DNA of 61,773 nucleotides, the filler included, from Choristocarpus tenellus KU-1152 (lineage: Eukaryota > Protista > Phaeophyceae), in assembly GCA_964200185.2 (NCBI GenBank). It is 9 parts of 9 records of this genome, joined end to end, with 100 filler letters (N's around TTAATTAATTAA, not from the genome) between each part and the next. Parts side by side here need not be neighbours in the genome. Positions count along the whole stretch, not along the records: positions 24,690 to 29,106 come from CAXNAD020014652.1; positions 29,207 to 33,698 come from CAXNAD020014317.1; positions 33,799 to 36,680 come from CAXNAD020023954.1; positions 36,781 to 40,455 come from CAXNAD020018581.1; 5 more parts are not named here. One strand, given 5' to 3'. Positions within the stretch are counted from its first letter, which is position 1. Every line of letters starts with the position of its first letter. Of this stretch, positions 25,220-36,922 are shown one piece after another. The position numbers and the translations under genes were made by a program. Under the pieces are notes generated by a model that saw only the letters and a list, made by a program, of their open reading frames with translations, made no database searches and was not told the origin of the DNA.

Positions 25220-28200
25220 ATGATCATGCCCAAGAAGAAGTAGAAGGCGGCACCAGGGATCCTCTCACCTCTACTCCGAGAGAACCAACTAGTCATTCCT
25301 ACGCGTCCGGATGGTAACTGCTGGTTTCGAACCAGGATGGTCAGTGTTTCGGTGGCATTGGCTAGAAACCCAAACAAGTTCTCAACAATCATGGATGGGC
25401 TGAAGACTGCAATACAGAGCAATTTTACAATGCACAGAGCCAATGACAAAGAGGTGAGTCACTCCTTTCATCCCAAACTCATTGCTACTAGGATTTGTGT
25501 TCTTCCTTCAGACTATGGGGGCTTGACAAACCCTAAAACAGTCAGTATTTGTGACAGTTGGCAGTAGATGGGATCAAAGCTTTAATGTACGGCGTGCTTG
25601 CTGAGGTGAGTATACAAATCAAATCACCCCAGGTGTCAGTAATGTGCAACTCAGAGTTTCCCAGTTGGTCCTATTTTTGTGGGGGGGGAGGTTGGTCGTA
25701 GTACAAGAGCTCTCTCTCCTCATAGCACTCTGTGGCAGGAGCTCAAGGCAATCTATACCAACCTGGATCACACTCTCTTCAGCTATGAACCCAACATTCT
25801 GCGGTAGTCATTGTCGACTTGAAATACGCCTGTGGCAAGTGGAGAGGGTGTGTGTGCTGCTCCAGAATATCCTCACTGCCTTGGTTCAAGGTGTCGATCA
25901 CATTTGTTGACCTGCAGATATTCCTCAGCTCCGTGGGGACCCAAAGGACAATATAGGGATCTCTCTGATGGCATGAGATAGATAGCTGTATCAACCCTGC
26001 AACATATTTGATCAGGTCATGGAAGTTCCGTGCATACTTCAGGCTTCAGAGTAACGTATTTGGAGGGGAAGATCAAAACTAGAACGCAAATGTTTAATCT
26101 GTGAGTTTTCATGAAGATTCAGAGGTTTTGGAAGTATTTGATCATTTAAGCCCGGATGGGAGGGAAGGTAGACACGTTTCTTGCATCACCTAATGCTAGT
26201 TCTCCCGAGTGTTCTAAGATAGGGAGAATATGAATAGTAGGTCAAAATGATTCTGAAACAAGTTTGCAATCTACTTTGCACCTTGTTTGGCATGTATTCG
26301 TGTGCAAAAGAACATTTCTCATCGATCTCTCCACAACCAATCACAATAAAATGGATATGAATGAACCCAAGATATGCCGTGCACATCAACAAAATTCTTA
26401 TTGATGTGTGGATCATGTACGGGTTTGGATGTGTGAGAAGTTGAGGAAAATGTAAAAAATATAAGCTTGCCATTCGTTTGGGTTTGTCATGAGATATTAC
26501 TTCTAACGTTTATGGTTGGTGTGAGATAGCCATGTCTGAGAAATGCATACATAAGGGTCACGGTGATCTCGGGGAAGGTTTTGATGATTGTGAATAGGAA
26601 CTGGTTTTTGCCTTCACGTGTGATTTTTTTTGTCTGGGTACACCTCCTCGAGTGATTCTGTCCGTCCCCTCAGTCTTGGATACCGTCTTGACAAAGCCTT
26701 CTGGAGTGTTGGGATCCTCTGTAGTTGACGAAAATCATCACCGTGGCACTGTATATGTTGTACGACGATGGATACAAGATACTAACAGTAGTAAGAGGGA
26801 TATAGGTGGTACGTGGACAAGGGGGGAGGAGGCACTCTATGTAGTCTCTTACCTTGATTTTGTGAAATTGTGAATCTACTAGAGAGCAGGGCTCGTTCCC
26901 ATGAAAATTCCAGTCACTAGACAGAATTTGAAAAAAAAATGATGCAGATGTGGCTACTAGAGATGAAGCTGCGTAGCAGTTGCCAGCCATATCCCCATTG
27001 ACACTCGAGCGGTTAGTCCAAAATGTGTTGCGCTTTCTACATGCATTTTCTTCGTGTACCCATGCACGTATGCGCAGTGTGGATGTGAACCAGTCACCTT
27101 CCTCTTACCCAGTCACTTGTCACCCCGGCCTCAATAATATATGTGTTGGGAGACGACCCTCCATTGCACATCCACGCACATTTACATGAAGAATATTTGT
27201 GACAATAGACGATCAGTACAGGTGCTCAGTTCTGCTATGCCAAAAGAAACTGTACTTGTAAGGGGCCGTCCGAAGGGGTGATTGTTTGAAGTGCTGCGAT
27301 TTGCTTTGCAAGTAATGCATGCCTTGCAAACAAATGAACTGTTCACTTGCCCATTCGAACAACCATTCCCACAGCAACAACTGCGAGTAGAACATAATGT
27401 TTTCATGCCCAATGACACCTTGCAGACGGTATTGTCATGATCATACCGGTATCATGGGCTTATCATTCTGGGATGTAACTGTGAAAATTTCTGCACTGCA
27501 AGGCCTTTGCTGTGTAATCAATGCAGACTCCACTGTTGTGTGCGTTCTCTTGGATGAAGTTTCTTTCTCCACCATGGCAGTATCTGCAAAGCACGTCTTT
27601 ATACATGAAGTTAGTAGTGTACATAGATTGTCTGCAGGTTGAATATTTAGCATATTTGACACATATTCAATAGAGTGATTGAAAGTGATAGGTTGAACAG
27701 GCCAATTTTGACCTTCAAGCAGGTGTACTTGTCTCATTTATGATGCGTTATGCATTTTGTGGTCATTATGCACATTCTCTGAGGTCAAGTTCACCCATTC
27801 CATCAGGACACGGACCACTGAGCAAATAATGTCACTTCCTACATGCACATACACGCATGTTAAAGAAAAGGTTACTGCTCCACTCTTACCTCGAGCACCT
27901 GCCAAAGTGTTGATCTGTGTTTGAGAGCCGTCACCACATGGATTGAAAATGGGTAAACAAGCATAAATTGAGTGCGCTAAGTACTGTAGGTCTGTAGTAC
28001 ATCGGTTCTTTTTGAGCAGGAAAGCCCCCACTATGGTGTCATTAGAGGCAATTGAAACAGTGTTTTGCACAGCTGGAGAGCAACAAATGGGGAGCACTTT
28101 ATTCTGAAGTCCTAACCGGTAAGGCCCCAATGCTATATTCAATTAACAAATAAGTAGCACTTCATTGTACTGCCCTGCAATAAGAAAGTTTGATGCTTTC

Positions 28201-29106
28201 CAGAATATCATTGAAATTGCAACCACCTAACTTACATCTAGTGCAATACGTAACGGCATTGTAGTTGTAGGTATCACCGTTATTTTATTATGTCATCTTC
28301 CTTCTTCACTTCCCTGCTGATATGCGATTTATGGTCCAAGGGCTGCTATGTTGAAGATTTCGAAGCCAAGGAATCTTACGATAAAGATGTCGGTTGTGCC
28401 CTTAGCTTCCTGGAAAGCCTGTCAGAAGGAACAGAGGCAAGTGTTGACCGAGCACTTCTTGCTATTGACACGTTGCTGCAAGATACCAGCGGGACGCTGG
28501 ATAGAGGCTTGGTGCTGCTTGGTCGAATGGCACATCTGCATGGCTTGTCCCTGCTGAGAAGCCGTGTCAACGCAGCGGTGAGATTTACACCCAAAAAATG
28601 GTTCTGCCCGCAGTAGTACCAAAATTCCATTGAATGAGGCTACATCACCATTAAGCCCTATTGTGCTGTCTTTAACCCTGAACCCTGGAATCTCTTTGTG
28701 TGCCAAAGCTTGACTGCAAACCAAACATTTATCAAGTAGCCATAAACAACTGCTCAACCGCCAAGCAGTCTGCCCGTGTGATCTATCGCACTGAACAAGC
28801 TGGATCCAATCTGTACTTGCCTGTTGAAACAAAATCCTTTGGGGCATCCCACAGGAATTATCAGGCGACTTCTTTCAACAGGAGGCCTGGGACGCGAGTT
28901 GTATTTGTCAAGATGTAGCCCCATGTACAGAGGGAGGGGGAGCCATAGAATTGGCATTGGGCCTTCAAATAACTGCTGTTAGGAGGGCCGACAACGAGGG
29001 CAGGCTGGAGGCAAGTGTGACCAGAATGTGCCAAACTATCCTTGACTGTGTTGGCTCTGGTTGTGTTTGTCTGATGGATTTTTGCACGCATTGATTTTGA
29101 CAATTG
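25220..29106 (+). pseudogene. Decayed coding region with an OTU-like cysteine protease motif and Cys-rich segments, probably transposon-derived
   Basis: PTRPDGNCWFR (PDGNCWFR at 25307-25330) and a WGG...QEL-like segment near 25680. Many in-frame stops. Protein-like fragments continue to 29100. Confidence 0.35.
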
Positions 29107-29916
29107 NNNNNNNNNNNNNNNNNNNNNNNNNNNNNNNNNNNNNNNNNNNNTTAATTAATTAANNNNNNNNNNNNNNNNNNNNNNNNNNNNNNNNNNNNNN
29201 NNNNNNGCGCATGAAACACTGGTCGGGAGTATTGCCCCCCCCCCCCAGATACTTTGAGCCGTCACCTCTCAACCATCATAATCACTGAAAAAAAGTCCAG
29301 CATTACTGAAAACAAAAAACAGACCTTGACCCTACCCCAATCCTAACCCAGGGTTATCCCTGGAGTGTAGGGCATAGGCTTACACAGGCAAGGGGGGTGA
29401 AGGCTAACCCAGGTGGGAGTGTGTAAGGAACCTCAACAAAGCTTTCTCCTTCTCAGCATACAATTTTTCCCAGAAATGTGGAACTCAAGGACACAGAGAG
29501 GAGGCGTGCGCTTCTTTCCAACAGTTACCAGCTTAAATCAAGTCAGAAAAAGCAAAAAAAAATCAAATATTAATTTTTTATTTATAGGTTGGGTTATTTT
29601 CACAGCATTAATTTTTTTTAACTAAATTAAGAAAACAAAAATAAAGGCGATGAGTTTCATCCCTCACACATCACCCTCCGCCAACTAAATATTTAACACC
29701 AACAAGAAAGTTGAAAGAACAAAACAACCTGCTTGCCAAGGACTGGGGTACCAAGAACACCGCCAGAAAACAGCCAAACAAGTATGCAATTCCTGTACCC
29801 CCTTTTGGTCCAAAGTTGAGAGTGCATATACCTCTTGTGGACCATCGCTCTACAAAATATGTATCAAACTTAATGGCACATGTCTCATAAGAGCACGCAC
29901 CTGCTCATCTGCTCAC

Positions 29917-32900
29917 CTTACTCCAGGTAGAGGGAGGTGGTCTTCCACACCCCGAATAGGCACAATGAAGTTGTGGATGCCATAACGCCTCTCGGCAATG
30001 ACTAGGTGTGCAATGACCATTGCGTGGTTAGCAGTACGACCCATGGTACCTGGCCACCTGAAAGTGAATGCAGCAAGAGGGAGGTGGACAGAGTTAAGGA
30101 GGGCAAGCAACATCACTCAAGAGCAAGCAACAAGAATCAATAGCACCAATAAAAATACATGCATATATACATACATACATATCATACCATACCATACCAT
30201 ACCATACATTCTTGTTCCACTCTGTTGAAAGAGGAATAGTGCGAGACTCACAAAATTGCACACAAAAAGCAGAGTGAACTCAGGGGAGCTAGCTGGACTC
30301 TGCTCTGTGCTCTGGAGTCATTCTCAGACACACAGGCAGTTGTCCTATCCATGAAAATTCTAAAACAAGTCCTAGATCTACAGTAACACAACTCCGTGTC
30401 ACAACTGGTTCCATCACATATGGTGATGTGGGTTTGAGTGGCATTCAGAAGCAGGCAGGAACTGCAAACAGAGACAAGTGAAATATCTGCAAGAGTAAAG
30501 TCATATGCTACAGAATGTACATTTCAGGTGACAAAGTGTCTGCATATGGTATCACGGTCTGCCTGAGCAGTATCGAGAGGTAGAACTACAGTCACAACCT
30601 TGTGGAGATCCCAATATACAATGATAGACAACTCAAGTAGCAGCGTGTGTCTCAACACTCTTGCCACTCTTTTAACCCATCTATATTTCAAACACACCAA
30701 GCTTGTAAATAGAACTCCAGTGTAAGTATCAGAGATTGCCACACACTAAGTAAGGGATTGACCACGGTTCTGTATGACAGAAAATTACATTAGTGCGAAG
30801 GGAACAAATCAACGACCCACTGACAGCTTCTTTCTGAACCTGGGATATTTGCCAATGTTTTCTTTCGCCGTCAGAACATTCCACTGACCAAACCACAAAA
30901 ACTGCATTTACATCCCTTGAACACACCTCAACACAAAATACAAAAAGTTCTATACAAAATTAGAACCTGACACTCACAGGAACATGTGTATTGTATCATT
31001 ACTATCTTACACTGCAAATCAGCTTTCTTGTACACCGAAATAGTTCATTCAATGTCATGCACAATTGCACTCTCCCAACAGCCTTCACTGCAGTACATGC
31101 AGTACAGTGTGTCCAACTGCTTTTGGAGCAAAGAGCTCACCACTTGGTTGCACTGATGGAAGGGGTGTTAATCTCAAACTCATCAGTTTCGGGTATGAAG
31201 GTTGCCATTGTCTCCAATGCACGGATGTTTGATCCATGCCCAAGCTCAGTCTGTGCATAGCATCCAATCACCTTTTAGGAGGGTTCACATGTCAGTGTGT
31301 TTATGCAGACTGCCAGGCTTTCACTCACAAAGGGGAGTTCCCCAATTGCCAGTGCCAAGTTGAGCTAGAGATTAGATAGTTCTTGGTGACTAGTGCTCAT
31401 CTGTGAGCACTCGTACATTGGTTTCGCCGTGGAATATGTTCTAAGCTATTGCTGGAATCAGCCAACATGTTTGGTGCAAATGGGCTTGGTGCCTGTAACA
31501 GGCAGCAGAGACTGATGTATCGGGTTTGGTGAGTGGAGTACTATTTAAAGGTGGGATCAACAAGTGAGACTTGAAAGAACAAGACTCTTTGCCATTCAAC
31601 CAGCATTCAAATTATGAAACACTGAATGCAGGAATACTGTACAGTGGCAATCAGTTAATCTAGAGGAATCGTAGTGGTTTATGGGGATTGAGGTGTGTGC
31701 AGTAAGTGATTACTATTTTTTGCATTTGAGCATGCTTATAGACATGGAGAACATTAGGTAGGAGTCATTGTGGTGGAGGTAGTGTGATCGTGTTATTCAA
31801 CCAATGGGCACAGATAGGAGCTAACAGAGATTATGCATATTAACTTCGACCGCGCAATATGAACAAAATATAAATTCAACTAAAGAACAAAATCTGAGTA
31901 TCACAAAGGAATAAAAATCAACACATGCTCAAGGTGACTGGTTAATCTACGTGTCTTGGGGTATGCTGAGACTAGGGCAACAGCCCAGAGTTCTTGGTGC
32001 CTTGTGTATTACCTCCATGCTCTGGCACTTTGGAAGCCAGAAATCGCGCTGCTCATCAGTGCAGAGTGCCTCCACATTCGGCACAAACATGAGAGGGTGG
32101 ATAGCTGTGGGCAGAGTATCATCCAGAGCCTCCTTGACCACCATTTCATCCTCCAAGCTGCATGGGATTTTCCAGTGATACAGAACCAATGGGTCTTAGT
32201 GAGTTTCCGTACACTCTCTCTCTCCCAAGGAGATAGGGTCGCCACTCATACCATTGTACTCCGTCTCCCATGTGACTGCCATACCAGCCCTTGCACCTAT
32301 CGCGCTCGATCTACAAACAAAGAATCAACACTACTTTACTGCTATCCATCCATACTTCAAAGTGTGCTGTAGTCTGGGTATAAATAGGCATGTCAGTTAC
32401 CACTTCCACGCCGCTACCTGTAAGGGGTGAAGTCTTCATTAGGAGCGAAGACTGCATTACTTGCTATGTATCACAAAAGCAGGTGCCAACGACAATGCAG
32501 GGGTCAAAGGGCAAGGTTAGCGTAGCAGAGGGATGGAATCAAGATTTGCTCAAAAGGCAAAACGTTCGTGATATGAATTTCTTACCTCAAATTCAACTCT
32601 TCCTTGAGCCTCGAATAATGACAGGCCTTTCGCAGCCCATGCTGGTACCGTTCTGGCCGGGACATATACATATTGTCGTGGATCTTGAAAACAGGGTCAT
32701 TTTCCACGATGGCCTGTAGATAATAAACCAGGGAGTGGGGTAGGGATACACTGATGACTCTACCAAATACTTGACCTTCGACACCAGGTAACCTTGGGGT
32801 GGAGAACGGGGTCGCGAGACCATAGGTTGTGACGGATGATACCTGGAAAACTCTTGAAAGGGTCGCATCATATTACCTCTAGCTCTCTCCTGCGATCAGT

Positions 32901-33074
32901 TTTGCATTGCCCACCATCCAGAAGGTACGTCAGTGCCTGTGGTGTTCAAGTCATACATAAAGGGGTTAGATATGATTGGGTGATTTAGTTGACCGTACTT
33001 AAAACATTAACCAGCACCCTAACCTGAACGTCGACTAGGTTGGATGCCCTCTCTCGCGCCAGATCAGGGTTCAT
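29917..33074 (-). CDS. ACOX1: Peroxisomal acyl-CoA oxidase, 5' six exons (3' part lost at a gap)
   Basis: Exons 33074-33024, 32936-32877, 32713-32586, 32157-32013, 31271-31141 and 30057-29917 splice in frame: [10 protein letters not shown]...ALTYLLDGG...[15 protein letters not shown]...[21 protein letters not shown]...[19 protein letters not shown]...DEFEINTP...ATKWWPG..GRTANHA...[10 protein letters not shown]...HLPLPGV. Confidence 0.95.
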
Positions 33075-34243
33075 GGATGCAGATGTCCTGTTATCCGATT
33101 GATTTGCAATTCACAAGAGTGTGTTGTCATTTCTACAACCTAACTACTTCCTTTCTTTGTTGGTGAGGTAATAATAAGATGTACATAGTTGTGTTGACTG
33201 GGGTAAAATCCACGGTTGTTTCACTGCTACGGTTGGTATTATGATAGGGGGGAAAACTTAATCATTGGTGTATATGTAACCCTACAGTCCGAAATCTACA
33301 ACAAACTAATAGTGACAATAACTAATAGTGAATGTAGAGATGTTGATAAACCGTGTATAACCATCATGATTCCACCACCGTACCGTGGTGACAGTGGGTG
33401 CTATACGCCCTACGGTACGATACCGTTAACACTATTATATATTTCATTTTATTTATATTATTATGCCCTCTGACATTTTGCAGATGTGTCAGGGGGGAAA
33501 CCAACGAAAACTATACATCTGTCGTTATTAGCCCTAAAAAAATAAAATATCATAAATGTGAAAAACACAATAAAACACTATAAATGTGAAAAACACTAAT
33601 TTATCTGTTACTTCACCACTATCAATATTGTACTACTGCCTTCCCGTGCATCCCATCTACCTACTCCTGCGCCCCGGGGGGGGGAGCTAGGGAGGCATNN
33701 NNNNNNNNNNNNNNNNNNNNNNNNNNNNNNNNNNNNNNNNNNTTAATTAATTAANNNNNNNNNNNNNNNNNNNNNNNNNNNNNNNNNNNNNNNNNNNNCA
33801 AATGGACAGCCACCACCCCCTCCCAGATAATTTGAGCCGTATATCGACTGGAGTGCATATCAACATATCCTACTTTGGTACAACAGCAACAATAGTTGGA
33901 TCCCGAACCTCATTCTTAGAGATGGGGAAACATTACCAAAAAGCTTATAAAAAAGCGATCCTGACATAGCTTATCACTTTAAAGAAAGTGTTAACTACTT
34001 ACAAGCATCTTCAAGCTGTTGCTGCTGCTCCCATTCATTTGCGACTATACTAAAAGTACAGGTCAAAGTATCACACACACAGACACATATGTAAGAAACC
34101 CCCTACACAATGAAGAAAATTGGTGGTGATGTACTCTATAAAGTAGCACTGTCAGTGGCAACCAGTTTCCCAGAACCTCACCGTGCAATACCAGAGGAAC
34201 TGCACATTACCCTCTCTTCTTCAAAGTCTTGCCTGCCTCCTCA

Positions 34244-34800
34244 CCTTGCACAGGATTTCCTCTCCACCACTTGTCCCCCCGGCGTCTCCTCCAATCCCGC
34301 ACCCCCTGCCCCCTGTATACCCTTTTGCCAACCTCCTTCCTGGGCCAGAGGCAAGAGCTGTGGCAGCTCCTGAGGTAACATTCTTAGGGTTGTCCTGCAA
34401 GGAACACTCCCACCTTCAACCGAATTTGTATCTGAGTCTTCTCTTCGAGACGGTGCAGAGTTGATGAAATGGGGAAGAGGAGAAGAAACGGGTGTCTCAA
34501 GGGGATCTACGGAGATCTGCTTGTTGGCACTGTGTGGGGTCACGCCCAGTAAACGTCGCTGCTTGTTTTCCTCCCTGCCCCATTTGATGTGCTCGCATGT
34601 GAACGGAGGAATCTTGGCAACTACGGTGGCATTATCCCCCTTGTCTGTCCCTTCCACCTCCCCTCTCTGCACATCACTCATTGTGACATCTCCTCCTGGG
34701 GAGTCCTTGCTCTCTTGCTGGCCAAGGTTTTCAGGTTGCAGCTCGTCCTCCAATGATGACTCGGAACACTGCAGTAAGGTTTTGGCATGTGGTAGGCCAG
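34244..34800 (-). CDS. Possible exon of an unidentified low-complexity protein
   Basis: Long open frame (ORF 34241-34951) with a disordered acidic/Ser-rich translation ending at a GT donor (aag/gtgagg). No recognisable domain; the acceptor position is uncertain. Confidence 0.3.
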
Positions 34801-35206
34801 AATGCAGAGTCAGTTGCAAATTTGGTTTGGGGGAGGTGACAACAGCAATAGTGGCAGAGATCGGGCCTGAGAGAGAGGACAGGTGGGAGAGGAAATTTAT
34901 TTTGTGGCATATGAGTTGGTGATCTTGATGTGCTGAGACAATGAACACCAAAACGGTGGAAGCAAAGAACCCTTCATGGAAGGGGAACTAGAGCACCCAA
35001 GCCATACTGCAAACAGCCGGTACAAGGAGCAGAGTTCTTCGACCTTGAACTGTTTATTGTGCCATCCATCCTCCAAGATTAGTTAAAGATTTAACTTGTA
35101 TTGTTGTAGATACATACTTACACTGTGCTTGTATACTTCAGCACTACACATATTATACACGCAAATACATTGACATCAAATTATTAAGAGAGAGAGAGAG
35201 ACCTAT

Positions 35207-35380
35207 GGCTCAAAGTATCTGGGCGGGGTGGCGACTGTCCATTCGGCGTGAATTTTTCATGTCACGATTTTTGGATGATTTGGTTGCATAAGTCGGATGA
35301 TAATGTAAATGCACCTTTCCTGATTTTGGTCCAAAATGGACACCCTGGTGTAGATCCCCCCCCCCTAGATACTTTGGGTC
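35207..35380. mobile_element. MITE family B (~175 bp), full copy
   Basis: TIRs GGCTCAAAGTATCTGGG / CCTAGATACTTTGGGTC, flanked by TAT...TAT. Reverse-complement homolog of 57522-57697. Confidence 0.85.
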
Positions 35381-36248
35381 TATGTAGATGTACCTACTTC
35401 ATGCATGCCTCCCCTACAACGCATTGAAATTATGTCTGGTAACCAGAAGAATCAGCAGGAAAACTCACTGTTCATTCAAGTCCTCTTGGTGATCTAGTAT
35501 TGTCATCATACCCAAATACACCCCAAAATAGCAAGGAGGGTATTATTGTTGTATGATTGAGCCATTCCATCTTACAGGGGGGTCAATTTAAGTCTTTTTC
35601 AAGTACTAAATAGCATATAGAACTTTGGAGCCTTCTGCCTGACAGTCGATTCCTATGGCTGGAATACAGCCAACCCCCCTTCCGAAGCTGTGCCTGTAGA
35701 AGAGAAGACCACCATCATCCGTCCGTATTGGGCAGTGTGAAATAGACATTCAGAGTGCCTAGAATCATATACATGTAGTAGAAGGTAGTCACAGGGGCCC
35801 CAAATACTCAACATCACCAACATCTCAGATAGGATGGTTCAGTACCCACCACTCCTCAAGTAAGCGAGAGATACCCAGAGTTCCATTTGAAGGATGCCAG
35901 TAAATATGCGCAAAATTCGACTATTTTTACAAAAGTACGCGGGATATCTTCCGAAATATGTCGAGATCTTTCAAGCAATCGACAAAGTAACTCTCTCAAG
36001 TCAAACTTTGCACTTCATCAATAGAAATATAGGTGAATGGCAAAAGATTGAAAAACTGACTTAAAATACAAAAACGCCCAAAACCTGGGTACCTCTCGTT
36101 TACCTTGGTTCCCTTGCCTTGAGACACATTTAGGTTATCACTATTGCTTCACCCTCATCCTAGTCATTATTCTACCGTGTACTACTCCTTGTGAGGGTAT
36201 CCTTTTTGACTCGATTTTCTTATCCATTGCAATTCCAAAAGAGAATTA

Positions 36249-36385
36249 TCCATTTAGACCAAAATCAGGAAAAGTGCACTTTCATTATCCATCCAACGTA
36301 TGGAACCAAATCACCCAAGAATAGCAACATGAAAAAATTTACCCCAAATGGACAACCGCCACCCCCCCCCCAGATACTTCGAGCC
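36249..36385. mobile_element. MITE family B, truncated copy (other fragments at ~29235-29260, 33799-33838, ~36580-36600, 43596-43631)
   Basis: Collinear with about 57560-57697 and ends in CAGATACTTCGAGCC. Confidence 0.8.
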
Positions 36386-36780
36386 TTAATGTACTTCTAC
36401 TACCGTGTTGGCTTGAACACTGTTTTGATATCATACTAGAGTATGTTGTTGTTGTGGTCATTGTTCGAGGAAACGATTGTATAGGACAATGCGAGCTGGT
36501 TAAAGTAGAAGCGGGTGGTCTAGTCTTTGGCCCTTTGCACTGAACTTGGATGAACATGTCAAGTATCTGTCACGTAGAAGCTGAAAGTATCTGGGGAGGG
36601 GGGGGGGGGGGGGGGGCCACCCCTTTTGTCCAGAAAAGGAGGGGGGAAAAGGAGGGCCCATCCCAAAAAAAAAAAAAAAANNNNNNNNNNNNNNNNNNNN
36701 NNNNNNNNNNNNNNNNNNNNNNNNTTAATTAATTAANNNNNNNNNNNNNNNNNNNNNNNNNNNNNNNNNNNNNNNNNNNN

Positions 36781-36922
36781 GACACACCCTGCCAAACATA
36801 GGCATTCTACCTGCTCCGAGACATTTTGGAGTCGGAAGATGTCACAAAAAAACCCATGGGAAGCCAAGCCCCACAAATGGACAAATAGGGAAAAATTCGT
36901 ACCCTCTAAGATAGTTTCACTC
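36781..36922. mobile_element. MITE family A, inverted fragment at a contig start
   Basis: Reverse complement of the first ~140 bp of family A, ending TACCCTCTAAGATAGTTTCACTC. Confidence 0.85.
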
